Shown: in pieces, positions 28,791 to 37,737 of the stretch | How positions within the stretch are numbered: the stretch's first letter is position 1 | How the letters are laid out: the number at the start of each line of letters is the position of its first letter | NCBI GenBank assembly: GCA_963754565.1 | Contig: CAVWGL010000009.1 | Span: 281,546 to 345,545 of the forward strand | Source of the DNA: Vulcanimicrobiota bacterium | GTDB taxonomy: Bacteria; Vulcanimicrobiota; Vulcanimicrobiia; Vulcanimicrobiales; Vulcanimicrobiaceae | Reading direction: 5' to 3' | Length of the DNA stretch: 64,000 nt | The notes under the pieces: generated by a model | What the model was told of the DNA's origin: nothing | The model's database searches: none | What the model saw: only the letters and a program-made list of their open reading frames with translations | Program-made: the position numbers and the translations under genes

Positions 28791-30203
28791 GTGCGGTTGG
28801 CGTCCGTCGAGCGGGCGGCATCTGGTTCATCGGGCACGGTTGGCGCGCCCAGTAGCCCTACGGCGGCTCCCGCCGGACGGCGGTCACTGGGTGCGACGTT
28901 CAGGCGGCTTTGGTGGGCGACGGGCATATCGGCAAGTGGCGATGGCTTATTGGCCGTTGCGGTGCCTTTATTGGCCTTGACTCTAACGCGAAACCCTTTG
29001 ATCATCGCGGGCCTGACCGGAGCTAATAGGGCCTCGGCGGCGATCGCCGCACTGCCAGGTGGGCTCGTGGCCGACCGCTGGGACAGGCGCAACGTGATGG
29101 TCGCTTGCAATGTCGTGGCCGGTGTGACCCTGCTGGCCCTGGTTGGTGCTTTGACCATCGGGTCGGGCGAGCTCGTGATGTTGTACATAGTGGCGACGGT
29201 CCTCGCTGCCTGCGATGTGACCTATACCCTGGCCGTCCAGGCCTCGTTGCCCGATGTCATCTCGCAGGACCGGCTCGCGGTTGCCAATGGCCGGCTTATC
29301 GCGGTCGAGGGGGCCGGCGAGCAGCTCATAGGGCCAGCAATCGGCGGTGTCCTTTTTTCCCTCGCCCGCAGGGTGCCGTTCTTTGCTGACGGCATCAGCT
29401 TCTTTGTGTCAGCGTCGCTTGTAGCAATCGGCCTGCCGCGCCGTGCCCGTCCTGCCTGGCGACCGGCTGGCCACGGTGCCGGAACCTCGAACGGCGCCCG
29501 CCCTCATGTCCGGGCCACAGAGCAGATCACTACGCCAGCCGGTACTCGTGGCCCCGAGGAGGGCAGGCTTCGACGCGCCGAGGACCGGTCCCGCTGGACG
29601 GTCGATTTCCGGCAAGGGCTAAGCGTGTTCAGGAGCGACCGGGCACTCAAGCTGCTGGCCGCGGTGGCGGCGGCAGGTGCCCTGTGCCAAACGATGGTCC
29701 TTGCCATCCTGGTGTTGTACGGCGAGCAAACGTTGCACCTGACCTCGACTGGCTATGGGCTGTTCCTTGCTTTTGCGGCCGCCATCGGCGTGGCCGGAGC
29801 TCATTTCGCCGGATATTTGCAGGAGCGCTGGGGGTCCGGCCAGCTGGTCCTCGGTGGTCTGACGCTGGCCGCGGTTAGCTACATTGGCCTCGCCTTCACG
29901 CACTCGGTTGTGCCCGCGGTGTTCGTGTTCGGCTTGCAAGAGATCGGTACCGTGGCCGCCAATGTCGGCTCGGTGACAGCTCGCCAGCACATCATCCCGC
30001 GTCGCCTCTACGGCCGGGTCGGCAGCGTGCACAGGCTGGCCGTGTTGAGCGCCAGTGCTGTTGGCGCGCTGTTAGGGGGGTTCATCGCGTCGGCGTCTTC
30101 GGTGGAGGCCACCATGCTCGTGGCCGGCGCATCGTGCGTTGTGACAATGGCGCTGTTCGCTCCGTGGTTGCTTCGAGCGCTGGCCCCGGCAGGCCATCGC
30201 TAA
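28791..30203 (+). CDS. MFS transporter
   Basis: Start placed at GTG 28791 (GGGAGG 5 nt upstream) within track ORF 28566..30203. The N-terminus ...FRRLWWATGISASGDGLLAVAVPLLAL and multiple TM segments are typical of MFS_3-like pumps. A long basic central loop is present. Confidence 0.85.
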   Translation: MRLASVERAASGSSGTVGAPSSPTAAPAGRRSLGATFRRLWWATGISASGDGLLAVAVPLLALTLTRNPLIIAGLTGANRASAAIAALPGGLVADRWDRRNVMVACNVVAGVTLLALVGALTIGSGELVMLYIVATVLAACDVTYTLAVQASLPDVISQDRLAVANGRLIAVEGAGEQLIGPAIGGVLFSLARRVPFFADGISFFVSASLVAIGLPRRARPAWRPAGHGAGTSNGARPHVRATEQITTPAGTRGPEEGRLRRAEDRSRWTVDFRQGLSVFRSDRALKLLAAVAAAGALCQTMVLAILVLYGEQTLHLTSTGYGLFLAFAAAIGVAGAHFAGYLQERWGSGQLVLGGLTLAAVSYIGLAFTHSVVPAVFVFGLQEIGTVAANVGSVTARQHIIPRRLYGRVGSVHRLAVLSASAVGALLGGFIASASSVEATMLVAGASCVVTMALFAPWLLRALAPAGHR

Positions 30204-30446
30204 ACGCTGGCTCCTGTCAATCTGGACCACAAGGGTTCAACTGGGACCTCACGATGTTGTCCGGCAAAAGCCGGGCGACCCAAGTCTTCGGTTCGGTCCC
30301 AGTTCACGGTGCAAACCCGGACTTTTTCCTATCGACGGCGGCAGGAGAGCACGAAACAAGCGATGCCATCTGCAAAACGCGTGGCGCGGCTGCCGGCCAC
30401 AATTCGTTGTCATAAAAATGGCCGACCGCAATTGTCAAGGTCGAGC

Positions 30447-30475
30447 CTGGACACGTGCGCTGCGCACGTGTCCAG
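30447..30475. repeat. 29-nt perfect palindrome
   Basis: CTGGACACGTGCG-CTG-CGCACGTGTCCAG has 13-bp arms. It lies in a ~700-bp stretch with no credible ORF. An adjacent 6-bp hairpin, CCCGGA..TCCGGG, is at 30481..30500. Confidence 0.7.
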
Positions 30476-30672
30476 CAAATCCCGGACAGCCATTTCCGGG
30501 ACGCTGTCGCGACCTGGTTTGCTCACGCCAACGCAGTTTCCTATATCCCGCCCGAATATTGCTGGAGGCCTATGCATAACTACTGAGGGGGGCGGCGAAC
30601 ACATCGATCAAGTTCCCGCGCCACCCCTTCACGGCCGCGTCTACGGTACGCCCTACCCGCGTGCAGACGTGC

Positions 30673-30756
30673 GGGTCCCCGGGGGAAAAGTAGGGGACCC
30701 TGGTGGTAGGGGGCCCATCGGCCAGGGGGGAGGACCGCAGGCCTCATCCCACCACC
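30673..30756 (-). ncRNA. candidate structured small RNA (C-rich loops if transcribed from the minus strand)
   Basis: Hairpin GGGTCCCC/GGGGACCC at 30673..30700. A 9-bp outer stem, GGTGGT(A)GGG/CCCACCACC (30702..30711 with 30748..30756), encloses GGCC/GGCC and GAGG/CCTC stems. On the minus strand the loops read CCUCCCCCC and UACUUUUCCCCC. No promoter or terminator was identified. Confidence 0.2.
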
Positions 30757-30909
30757 TGATTAAAAGGGTACCAGCGCTTCTGTGGCACTCGTGTGACTTC
30801 GAAGTGACAATTTTGTAAACGTCTGTAAACGCGTGTGAAAAAACGTTAACAAATCACCCCATCCGGGTCATCCATCTCCGGCCACGACGCGCGCCTAGTG
30901 TCTTAGGGC

Positions 30910-31407
30910 GTGCTACGAGTCTCTGCCGTCCAAGAGGTTACTGACGACCTGATGAAGGCCGTCCAGCACCTGGTACCCCAGCTGTCGAGCTCGGCCGGCC
31001 CTCCCAGCCGACGAGAAGTAGAAGAGATCGTCAGCTCGCCGGGTACGACGTTGCTCGTGGCTCGAGACGACACGCTCGACGAGACCGATGGCGTGGCCGG
31101 CCAGGACGCCGCGGCCAACTCCGACGAGCCCCGCGGCCCGATTGTGGGGATGCTTACGCTCGTGACTTTCCGGATACCGACCGGGGTCCGTACCCGCATC
31201 GAAGACGTGGTCGTCGACAGTGCCGGCCGGGGCCGAGGCGTCGCTACAGAACTTACCCGGGCCGCCCTCGAGATCGCAGCAGCCAGGGGTGGCCACACTG
31301 TTGACCTGACGTCGCGACCGTCTCGAGAGGCAGCCAACCGCCTATACCAACACCTCGGCTTCGTCCAGAGGGAGACGGTCGTCTACCGCTACGAACTGCC
31401 TTCTTAG
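30910..31407 (+). CDS. GNAT-family N-acetyltransferase
   Basis: ...RIEDVVVDSAGRGRGVATELTRAALEIAAARGGHTVDLTS...ANRLYQHLGF is the acetyl-CoA-binding motif A region. GTG start at 30910. Confidence 0.85.
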   Translation: MLRVSAVQEVTDDLMKAVQHLVPQLSSSAGPPSRREVEEIVSSPGTTLLVARDDTLDETDGVAGQDAAANSDEPRGPIVGMLTLVTFRIPTGVRTRIEDVVVDSAGRGRGVATELTRAALEIAAARGGHTVDLTSRPSREAANRLYQHLGFVQRETVVYRYELPS

Positions 31408-31435
31408 CGGCTGGTGCTGGCCTCTTGGTGCTGGC

Positions 31436-32854
31436 TCAGTAGGCGCGCGCCACCACCGCATCGAGCTCGGCCACGTCGTCACCAGGCCCGGGGAGAGATC
31501 CGTCCCGGCGTTGCAGCAGGCGGACCGTGATACCCCCGGCATTGAGCCGCCCTTCCCCATCGCCCGCCACGAGCGCTTCTCCAGGCACAACAGCAAAGCC
31601 CGATTGAGCACCCTCCTCCGCCTCCTCCAGGGTGGAGGCGCGGACGGTGTTCTCCTCCCGCCGGCGCAGGGCTTCGGCGAACATGGCGGCCTGGCTCGAC
31701 TCGAGCACCGCGGTAACGGCCGCCACTACCCCCTCCAGCGGCAGCGAGGACTTGGTCTTGTCGTCGCGCCGCGAAATCACGACAGTGCCTGCGGCCAGGT
31801 CGCGAGGCCCGAGTTCCACGCGGACCGGGACACCCTTCAGCTCCCAATTGACCACTCTGCGGCCGAAAGATAGATCCGTTCTTACGTCCAGCTCCACCCT
31901 GACCCCGGCGGCTCGCAATTGCTCGGCCAGCGCCGAGGCGGCTTCGCCGGCACCTTCTTCGGTCCGCACCGCGAGCACCACCACCTGCACCGGTGCCAAT
32001 TGGGGTGGGATCCTGAGGCCGGCGTCATCGCCATGCACCATGATGAGAGCGCCCATCAGTCGTGAAGAGGCGCCCCACGAGGTCTGCCAGGCGAAGCTTT
32101 GCTGGCCACTTTCGTCCAGGAACGTTATGCCGAAGACCTTGGCGAAAGATTGGCCCAGCTCGTGGCTCGTCCCCATCTGCAGCGCTTTGCCATCGCGCAT
32201 CATGGCTTCGGTCGTCCAGGTCGTATTCGCCCCGGCAAAACGCTCACGGTCTGTTTTGCGCCCCACCAGGACAGGGGAAGCCAGGACATTGACCATGAAG
32301 TCCTCGTAAACGTCCCGCAGTATGCGCAAGGCGTAGCGGTGGGCGTCCTCCTCGTCGGCGTGAGCGGTGTGGCCCTCCTGCCACAGGAACTCCGTCGTCC
32401 GCAGGAACAACCGGGGACGCAGTTCCCAGCGGACGACGTTGGCCCACTGGTTGACAAGTAAGGGAAGGTCCCGGTAGCTCTGGATCCACTTGGCCAGGAA
32501 CGAGTCGATGATCGTCTCGCTGGTCGGGCGCACGACTGCGGGCTCCTCCAGTTTCTTCCCGCCCCCGTGGGTCACGACCGCCAGTTCCGGGCTGAAGCCC
32601 TCGACATGCTCCGCTTCCTTGTGGAAATAGCTCTCCGGGATTAGCAGCGGGAAGTAGGCGTTTTGCGCCCCCGCCGCCTTGATGCGGGTGTCGAGCTCCA
32701 TCTGCATCCGCTCCCAGATGGCATAACCATAAGGCCGGATGACCATCGTGCCGCGTACGGGGCCACCCTCTGCCAGCTCGGCTTTGGCCAGTACGTCCTG
32801 GTACCACTGAGGGAAGTCGTCAGCTTGAGGGGTGAGGACGTCGGCTTTGGGCAT
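31436..32854 (-). CDS. proS: proline--tRNA ligase (short, archaeal/eukaryote-like type)
   Basis: Intact 472 aa. FPQWYQDVLAKAEL...VRGTMVIRPYGYAIWE...PTSETII...RWE.RPRLFLRTTEFLWQEGHTAH...SWG.S.R matches class II ProRS. Confidence 0.93.
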   Translation of the reverse strand: MPKADVLTPQADDFPQWYQDVLAKAELAEGGPVRGTMVIRPYGYAIWERMQMELDTRIKAAGAQNAYFPLLIPESYFHKEAEHVEGFSPELAVVTHGGGKKLEEPAVVRPTSETIIDSFLAKWIQSYRDLPLLVNQWANVVRWELRPRLFLRTTEFLWQEGHTAHADEEDAHRYALRILRDVYEDFMVNVLASPVLVGRKTDRERFAGANTTWTTEAMMRDGKALQMGTSHELGQSFAKVFGITFLDESGQQSFAWQTSWGASSRLMGALIMVHGDDAGLRIPPQLAPVQVVVLAVRTEEGAGEAASALAEQLRAAGVRVELDVRTDLSFGRRVVNWELKGVPVRVELGPRDLAAGTVVISRRDDKTKSSLPLEGVVAAVTAVLESSQAAMFAEALRRREENTVRASTLEEAEEGAQSGFAVVPGEALVAGDGEGRLNAGGITVRLLQRRDGSLPGPGDDVAELDAVVARAY

Positions 32855-32955
32855 GGCACGACGATGCTAGAGGAAGCTCCGCCCCGACCCGGAAAAATTG
32901 CTCCGTTGGGCCGCGACCCGAGCCGGCGGGCGAAGTAGGGATAGGCCTCCCTCCC

Positions 32956-33693
32956 ATGGGTAGAATGGCCGGGGTGGCTTCTAACGAGGATTTTTCCGTG
33001 GGCAGGCGCCAGAGGACCTCACTGTACGAACGCATGACGCGGTCGAGCCTCGTCCGGCGGGTGCTGGACACACGGCTTGTCGACCGGTGCCTGCAGCCGG
33101 CTCGGGGCGACGGATCGTTTCATAAGTTTGTCCGGTACTCACTTGTTTCCGCCGTTGCCATCGTCATCAGCCAGGCCACCATCCTCATATGTACGTGGTT
33201 GCTCGGCCTCTCAGGCATTGCCGCCAACACGATTGGTGCGCTGGTGGCCACCCCCGCTTCTTACGAGCTCAACCGCAAATGGGCGTGGCGCAAGGGGGGC
33301 AAAAGCCACTTGTGGAAGGAGGTCGTGCCTTTTTGGGCGCTCACCCTCGTTGGCTTTCTGGCCTCAACGGGCACGGTCCAGATCGCTGACAGCCTGTGCC
33401 AGTCGCACGGGGTAACGGGGTTGGCCCGATCTCTCGCCATCATGGGCGCTTCTCTATTTGCGTACGGGGTTATTTGGATCGGCAAGTTCTTCTTGTTCAA
33501 CCGGCTCATTTTCGCCACGGACAATGGCGCCGCCGCCTCTGCCGGTGTCATCGAAAATGCGGGTGCCGCCGTCGAGCCGGTCACGGCCGGTGCGAACGGC
33601 ACTGAGGTCGAGGGCGCTCAGACCAACAGCGTCCCTGCCGTCGCCGTGCCGACGACGGCGGTTTTCGAGGGCAACGCCGGCGCCGGTCGCTAG
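32956..33693 (+). CDS. GtrA-family membrane protein
   Basis: FVRYSLVSAVAIVISQATILICTWLLG...ANTIGALVATPASYELNRKWAW...GKFFLFNRLIF shows the GtrA-like pattern. The exact start is uncertain. Confidence 0.8.
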   Translation: MGRMAGVASNEDFSVGRRQRTSLYERMTRSSLVRRVLDTRLVDRCLQPARGDGSFHKFVRYSLVSAVAIVISQATILICTWLLGLSGIAANTIGALVATPASYELNRKWAWRKGGKSHLWKEVVPFWALTLVGFLASTGTVQIADSLCQSHGVTGLARSLAIMGASLFAYGVIWIGKFFLFNRLIFATDNGAAASAGVIENAGAAVEPVTAGANGTEVEGAQTNSVPAVAVPTTAVFEGNAGAGR

Positions 33694-33725
33694 CGCGCCC
33701 AACCCCTGGTGAGCTCATTCAACAA

Positions 33726-34376
33726 TTGAGCGAACAGCTTCCAGCCTGGCTGGCCGTGGCTCGTGCGGCCAAAGGCTTTATGCCCGACGACGAGGGCATG
33801 GCGCTTCACGTGGCCGGGATGGAGGCCGGCCGCAGCGGTCTCGGCCCGCTGCTCGAGATCGGTACGTACTGCGGAAAATCGGCCGTGTACATCGGGGCCG
33901 CCGCCCGCGCAACAGGGGCGGTACTGTTCAGCGTTGACCACCACCGGGGCTCGGAGGAAATGCAGTCGGGGTGGCCCCACCATGACCCCGAGGTCGTCGA
34001 CGGCCGGACCGGGTTGATGGACACCCTCCCCTGGGCGCGCCGGACCATCCACGATGCGGGCCTTGACAACGAGGTCGTCCTGATAGTGGGGGAGTCGCTG
34101 ACGGCCGCCCGGGGCTGGCCGGGACCTCTGTCCTTGCTCTTCATTGATGGCGGCCACGGCGAGGATGTGGCGTGGGCCGATTACCGTTCCTGGGCGCCCA
34201 GGGTGGCCGTGGGTGGCACGCTGGCCATCCACGACGTCTTCGCCGACCCCGGGGACGGCGGTCAGGCGCCCAACGACTTGTACCGCGCGGCGCTCCACTC
34301 GCGGGAGTTCGAGGACTCGGGGGCGGCCGGCTCGCTGCGTCTGCTACGCCGGTGCAGGCAATTCGAGCCAGTTTGA
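33726..34376 (+). CDS. class I SAM-dependent methyltransferase (Methyltransf_24-like)
   Basis: LLEIGTYCGKSAVYIGAAA...LLFIDGGHGEDVAWADYRSWAPRVAVGGTLAIHDVF. TTG start at 33726. Confidence 0.75.
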   Translation: MSEQLPAWLAVARAAKGFMPDDEGMALHVAGMEAGRSGLGPLLEIGTYCGKSAVYIGAAARATGAVLFSVDHHRGSEEMQSGWPHHDPEVVDGRTGLMDTLPWARRTIHDAGLDNEVVLIVGESLTAARGWPGPLSLLFIDGGHGEDVAWADYRSWAPRVAVGGTLAIHDVFADPGDGGQAPNDLYRAALHSREFEDSGAAGSLRLLRRCRQFEPV

Positions 34377-34400
34377 CCCGCCGGCCCGGCGCGGCAACGC

Positions 34401-35782
34401 TTGACGCTCACATGTCTGCCGGCGCCGTCATCCTGTTCGACCACTCGTGAGCCCCGCCAGGGCCCGGTCTCCGGACCACGGCGAGAGACGCTGCGAGTAG
34501 CGCTGCTCTCGTACCGGGGCAACCCCCGTTCGGGAGGTCAGGGCGTCTACGTGCGCTTTTTGTCACGCGAACTGGCCCGGCTGGGCCACTCGGTAACGGT
34601 CTTTTCCGGCCCACCCTGGCCTCTCCTCGACGCCAGCGACCGAATCGATTTCGTGAAAGTCCCCAGCCTGGACCTGTACCGAGAACCAGACCCTTTTCGG
34701 GTCCCGAAGCTGGCCGAGTTCCGTTCCCCGGTCGACGCGCTCGAGTTCGCCACCGTCCTGACGGGCGGGTTCCCCGAGCCCTTAACCTTCAGCTTGAGGG
34801 TTAGAGAGCTGCTTTCGCACCGGCGGGGTGAGTTCGACATCGTCCACGACAACCAGTCCTTCGGTAGCGGGCTCCTCGGCCTGATGCACGACGGCTGGCC
34901 GCTCATCGGTACTTGCCACCACCCGGTGACCGTCGACCGGCTGGTCGATTTCGCTCACGCCCCAAGCCGGTGGCGAGAGCTTTCGTTGCGCCGTTGGTAC
35001 GGGTTCGTGGGCATGCAAAACCGTGTGGCTCGCCAGCTGCCCCGTATCATCACGGTTTCGTCCTCGTCTCGTCGCGACATCGTCGAGCAGATGGGGGTGG
35101 CCCCCGAACGCCTGGCCATAGTGCCTGCAGGTGCCGACCACGAGCTCTTCCGGCCGTTGCCGGGAGTGAGAAGAGTTCCCGGGCGCATCATGACCACAGC
35201 CAGCGCCGATGTCCCGATGAAGGGCCTCGCTTACCTCCTGGAGGCGCTGGCCAAGTTGCGGACGACTACGCCCGAGGCCCATCTCGTGGTCGTCGGAGAA
35301 CCCCGCCAGGAGAGCGCCGCCTCCCAGGTGATGGACCGCCTGGGGCTCGATGGCGCCGTCACATTCCGGCCCGGGGTGAGCGACCGGGAACTCGTGGAGT
35401 TGTACGCAGAAGCGGCGGTCGTAGCTGTGCCGTCTCTCTACGAGGGTTTCTCCCTGCCGGCCGTGGAGGCCATGGCGTGCGAGGCGCCCGTGGTAGCCAG
35501 CGCCGGCGGCGCCCTGCCCGAGGTAGTCGGCCTGACGGACGGGCCGCGTTGCTCGTCCCTCCGGCCGACCCGGGCGCATTGGCGTCGGCGTTGGGGCGGG
35601 TGCTCTCGTCTTGGGGCTCCTGGAACGGCGGTTCGGCGGGGCTAGGCCTTCGTTTGGGCCAGTCCGGCCGGCGTCGCGTGCTCGAGCGTTTCACCTGGGC
35701 GAAGTGTGCGACGGGGGCCGTGGAGCAGTACCGCTCGGTCATGGCCGAGCGCGACGGGCCGGACCACGCAGTTCCATGCTGA
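34401..35782 (+). pseudogene. GT4-family (group 1) glycosyltransferase, at least 1 frame break near the C-terminus
   Basis: RVALLSYRGNPRSGGQGVYVRFLSRELARLGHSV...VPSLYEGFSLPAVEAMACEAPVVASAGGALPEVVG, then the frame changes near 35540 to ...RAALLVPPADPGALASALGRVL...RRRVLERFTW. The start is uncertain. Confidence 0.8.
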
Positions 35783-36511
35783 CCGTCCGCTATGACTGGC
35801 TGGGCCTCCGGCCAGGCGAGAGAGTGCTCGATTTCGGTTGCGGAGGTGGTCGCCACAGTTTCGAGGCGATGAGGCGCGGGGCCGTAACTATCGCCCTCGA
35901 CTCTGACCGGGAGGCGCTGGCCGGAGCGGCCGCTTGGGTGCGGGCCTTGCTGGAACAGGACAAGGAGACGGCGGAAGCAGGTGGGCACGGCGACCTGGTG
36001 GCCGGGAACGGGTCATCGCTCCCGTTCCCCGATGGCTGTTTCGACCGGGTGATCGCCGCAGAAGTGCTCGAGCATGTGCCCGACGACAGCGCCGTGCTGG
36101 CCGAGTTGGCCCGGGTGCTACGCCCCGGAGGCGTGATCGCGGTCACCGTCCCCCGCTGGTACCCGGAGGCGGCCAACTGGGCGCTCTCGAGTGAGTACCA
36201 CAACGTCCCCGGTGGTCACGTCCGCATCTACCGGCACCGCCAGATAGGCCTACGCCTCCACCGTGCCGGGCTCACGCCGTTATCGCTTCCATCACGCCCA
36301 CGCGTTGCACAGCCCGTATTGGTGGCTTCGCTGCGCGCTCGGCCCGGACAGCGAGTCCAACGCCGTCGTGAAGGCATACCACCGCCTTCTGGTGTGGGAC
36401 ATCACGGCCAAGACTCCATTGACGCGATGGCCCGAAGCCGTGCTCAACCCGGTGCTGGGCAAGAGCCTGGTCGTTTATGCCCGCAAACCCCTGGACCGGG
36501 CGGCGGCATGA
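35776..36511 (+). pseudogene. class I SAM-dependent methyltransferase (Methyltransf_11-like), one frameshift
   Basis: The ATG at 35776 overlaps the GT4 stop. RVLDFGCGGGRHSFEAM...FDRVIAAEVLEHVPDD...LRPGGVIAVTVP is followed, after a switch near 36275, by ...RYRFHHAHALHSPYWWLRCAL... Confidence 0.75.
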
Positions 36512-37737
36512 GCGCCCTGACGCCGGCCGAGATCCGTCAGACGGCCGACTGGATTGCCTCAGTGCAAATGGCTGACGGCATGGTCCCTTGGTATGCCGGG
36601 GCCCACGCTGACCCGTGGAACCATGTCGAGGCGGCCATGGCCCTCGCCACGGGCGGGTGCTGGCCCGAAGCCCAGCGGGCGTTCGAATGGCTGGCCGCCA
36701 AGCAGTTGCCGGAAGGGAGCTGGTGCGCGGCTTATGTGCCCGACGGCGTCACCGAGCCGCGGAGGGACCCCAACACGTGCGCGTATGTGGCCACCGGCGT
36801 GTGGTGGTGCGCCCAACTGAGCCAGAGCACTCATCTGCTGGAGGCGACATGGCCGATGGTGAAAAGGGCCATCGGCTGGTGCTTGCGTTACCAGCGGCCC
36901 GGCGGGGAGATCACGTGGTCGGTCGACCCGGATGGCGTGGCTGCGAAGTTCGCCCTCTTGGCCGCCAGCTCGTCGCTCCAGCACTCTCTGGCCTGCGGGG
37001 CCTCGGTGGCCGAGGCCCTCGGTCATTACGAGGACGCCGCTACCTGGCGCAGGGCGTCCGCATTGCTGGCGCGTGCCGTGGTGACCAGGCCCGAAGCCTT
37101 CGCTCCAAAATCCCGTTGGGCCATGGACTGGTACTACCCCGTACTGACGGGTGCTCTGGCGGGGGACGAAGCGTACCGAAGGATGGAGTCACGCTGGGCA
37201 GAGATGCTGGTGGCCGGAGTCGGCACCCGCTGTGTGGCGGACAAGTCGTGGGTGACGGCGGCCGAGTCGGCCGAATGCGCCATGGCGGCGGCCAGGGCGG
37301 GGCTGCCGGCGCCGGCTACCGAACTCTTGGCCTGGACACGGCATTTCCGAGCCGGTGATGGTGGCTACTGGACTGGGTGCGTCCACCCCGATTGCGTTCG
37401 GTTCCCGTCCGGCCAAAAAAGCACATACTCGGCCGCCGCCGTCATCATCGCTGACCATGTGCTGCACGAGCGGTCCCCGGCGGCGGCCATTTTCTCGATG
37501 CCGGGGGCCATTAACGGCGAGTCATCGGGCCACCCAGCCGAAGAAAGGGGGCCTTCGGACGGCTGGCCGTCGAGAGGTGGCCCTACGACGTTGGCAGCCC
37601 GAGCGACTCCACTGCGGACAGCACTTCTCGGGCCGCCCGCCGGCCAGAGCCAATGCACGCCGGTACGCCGACCCCGTTGTAGCTGGCGCCGGCCAAGCTC
37701 ACCGTGGGGGCGTGGCGAGCCAGCATGGCTCTTGTAG
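36508..37737 (+). CDS. prenyltransferase/squalene-cyclase-repeat-like protein (terpenoid-cyclase fold)
   Basis: The ATG at 36508 overlaps the upstream stop (ATGA). The Trp-rich sequence has repeated ...GSW / GGW-type segments (DGMVPWYAG, PEGSWCAAYVP, RPGGEITWSV, GDGGYWTG). The 3-prime end is uncertain: the ORF runs ~150 nt into the convergent hemY. Confidence 0.55.
   Translation: MSALTPAEIRQTADWIASVQMADGMVPWYAGAHADPWNHVEAAMALATGGCWPEAQRAFEWLAAKQLPEGSWCAAYVPDGVTEPRRDPNTCAYVATGVWWCAQLSQSTHLLEATWPMVKRAIGWCLRYQRPGGEITWSVDPDGVAAKFALLAASSSLQHSLACGASVAEALGHYEDAATWRRASALLARAVVTRPEAFAPKSRWAMDWYYPVLTGALAGDEAYRRMESRWAEMLVAGVGTRCVADKSWVTAAESAECAMAAARAGLPAPATELLAWTRHFRAGDGGYWTGCVHPDCVRFPSGQKSTYSAAAVIIADHVLHERSPAAAIFSMPGAINGESSGHPAEERGPSDGWPSRGGPTTLAARATPLRTALLGPPAGQSQCTPVRRPRCSWRRPSSPWGRGEPAWLL

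Noticed and set aside
30309-30818. 169-aa plus-strand ORF filling the MFS/GNAT gap
   Set aside because: It has an Arg/Pro/Gly-rich, non-protein-like composition, no RBS, and it spans the palindrome and hairpin block. It is treated as non-coding.
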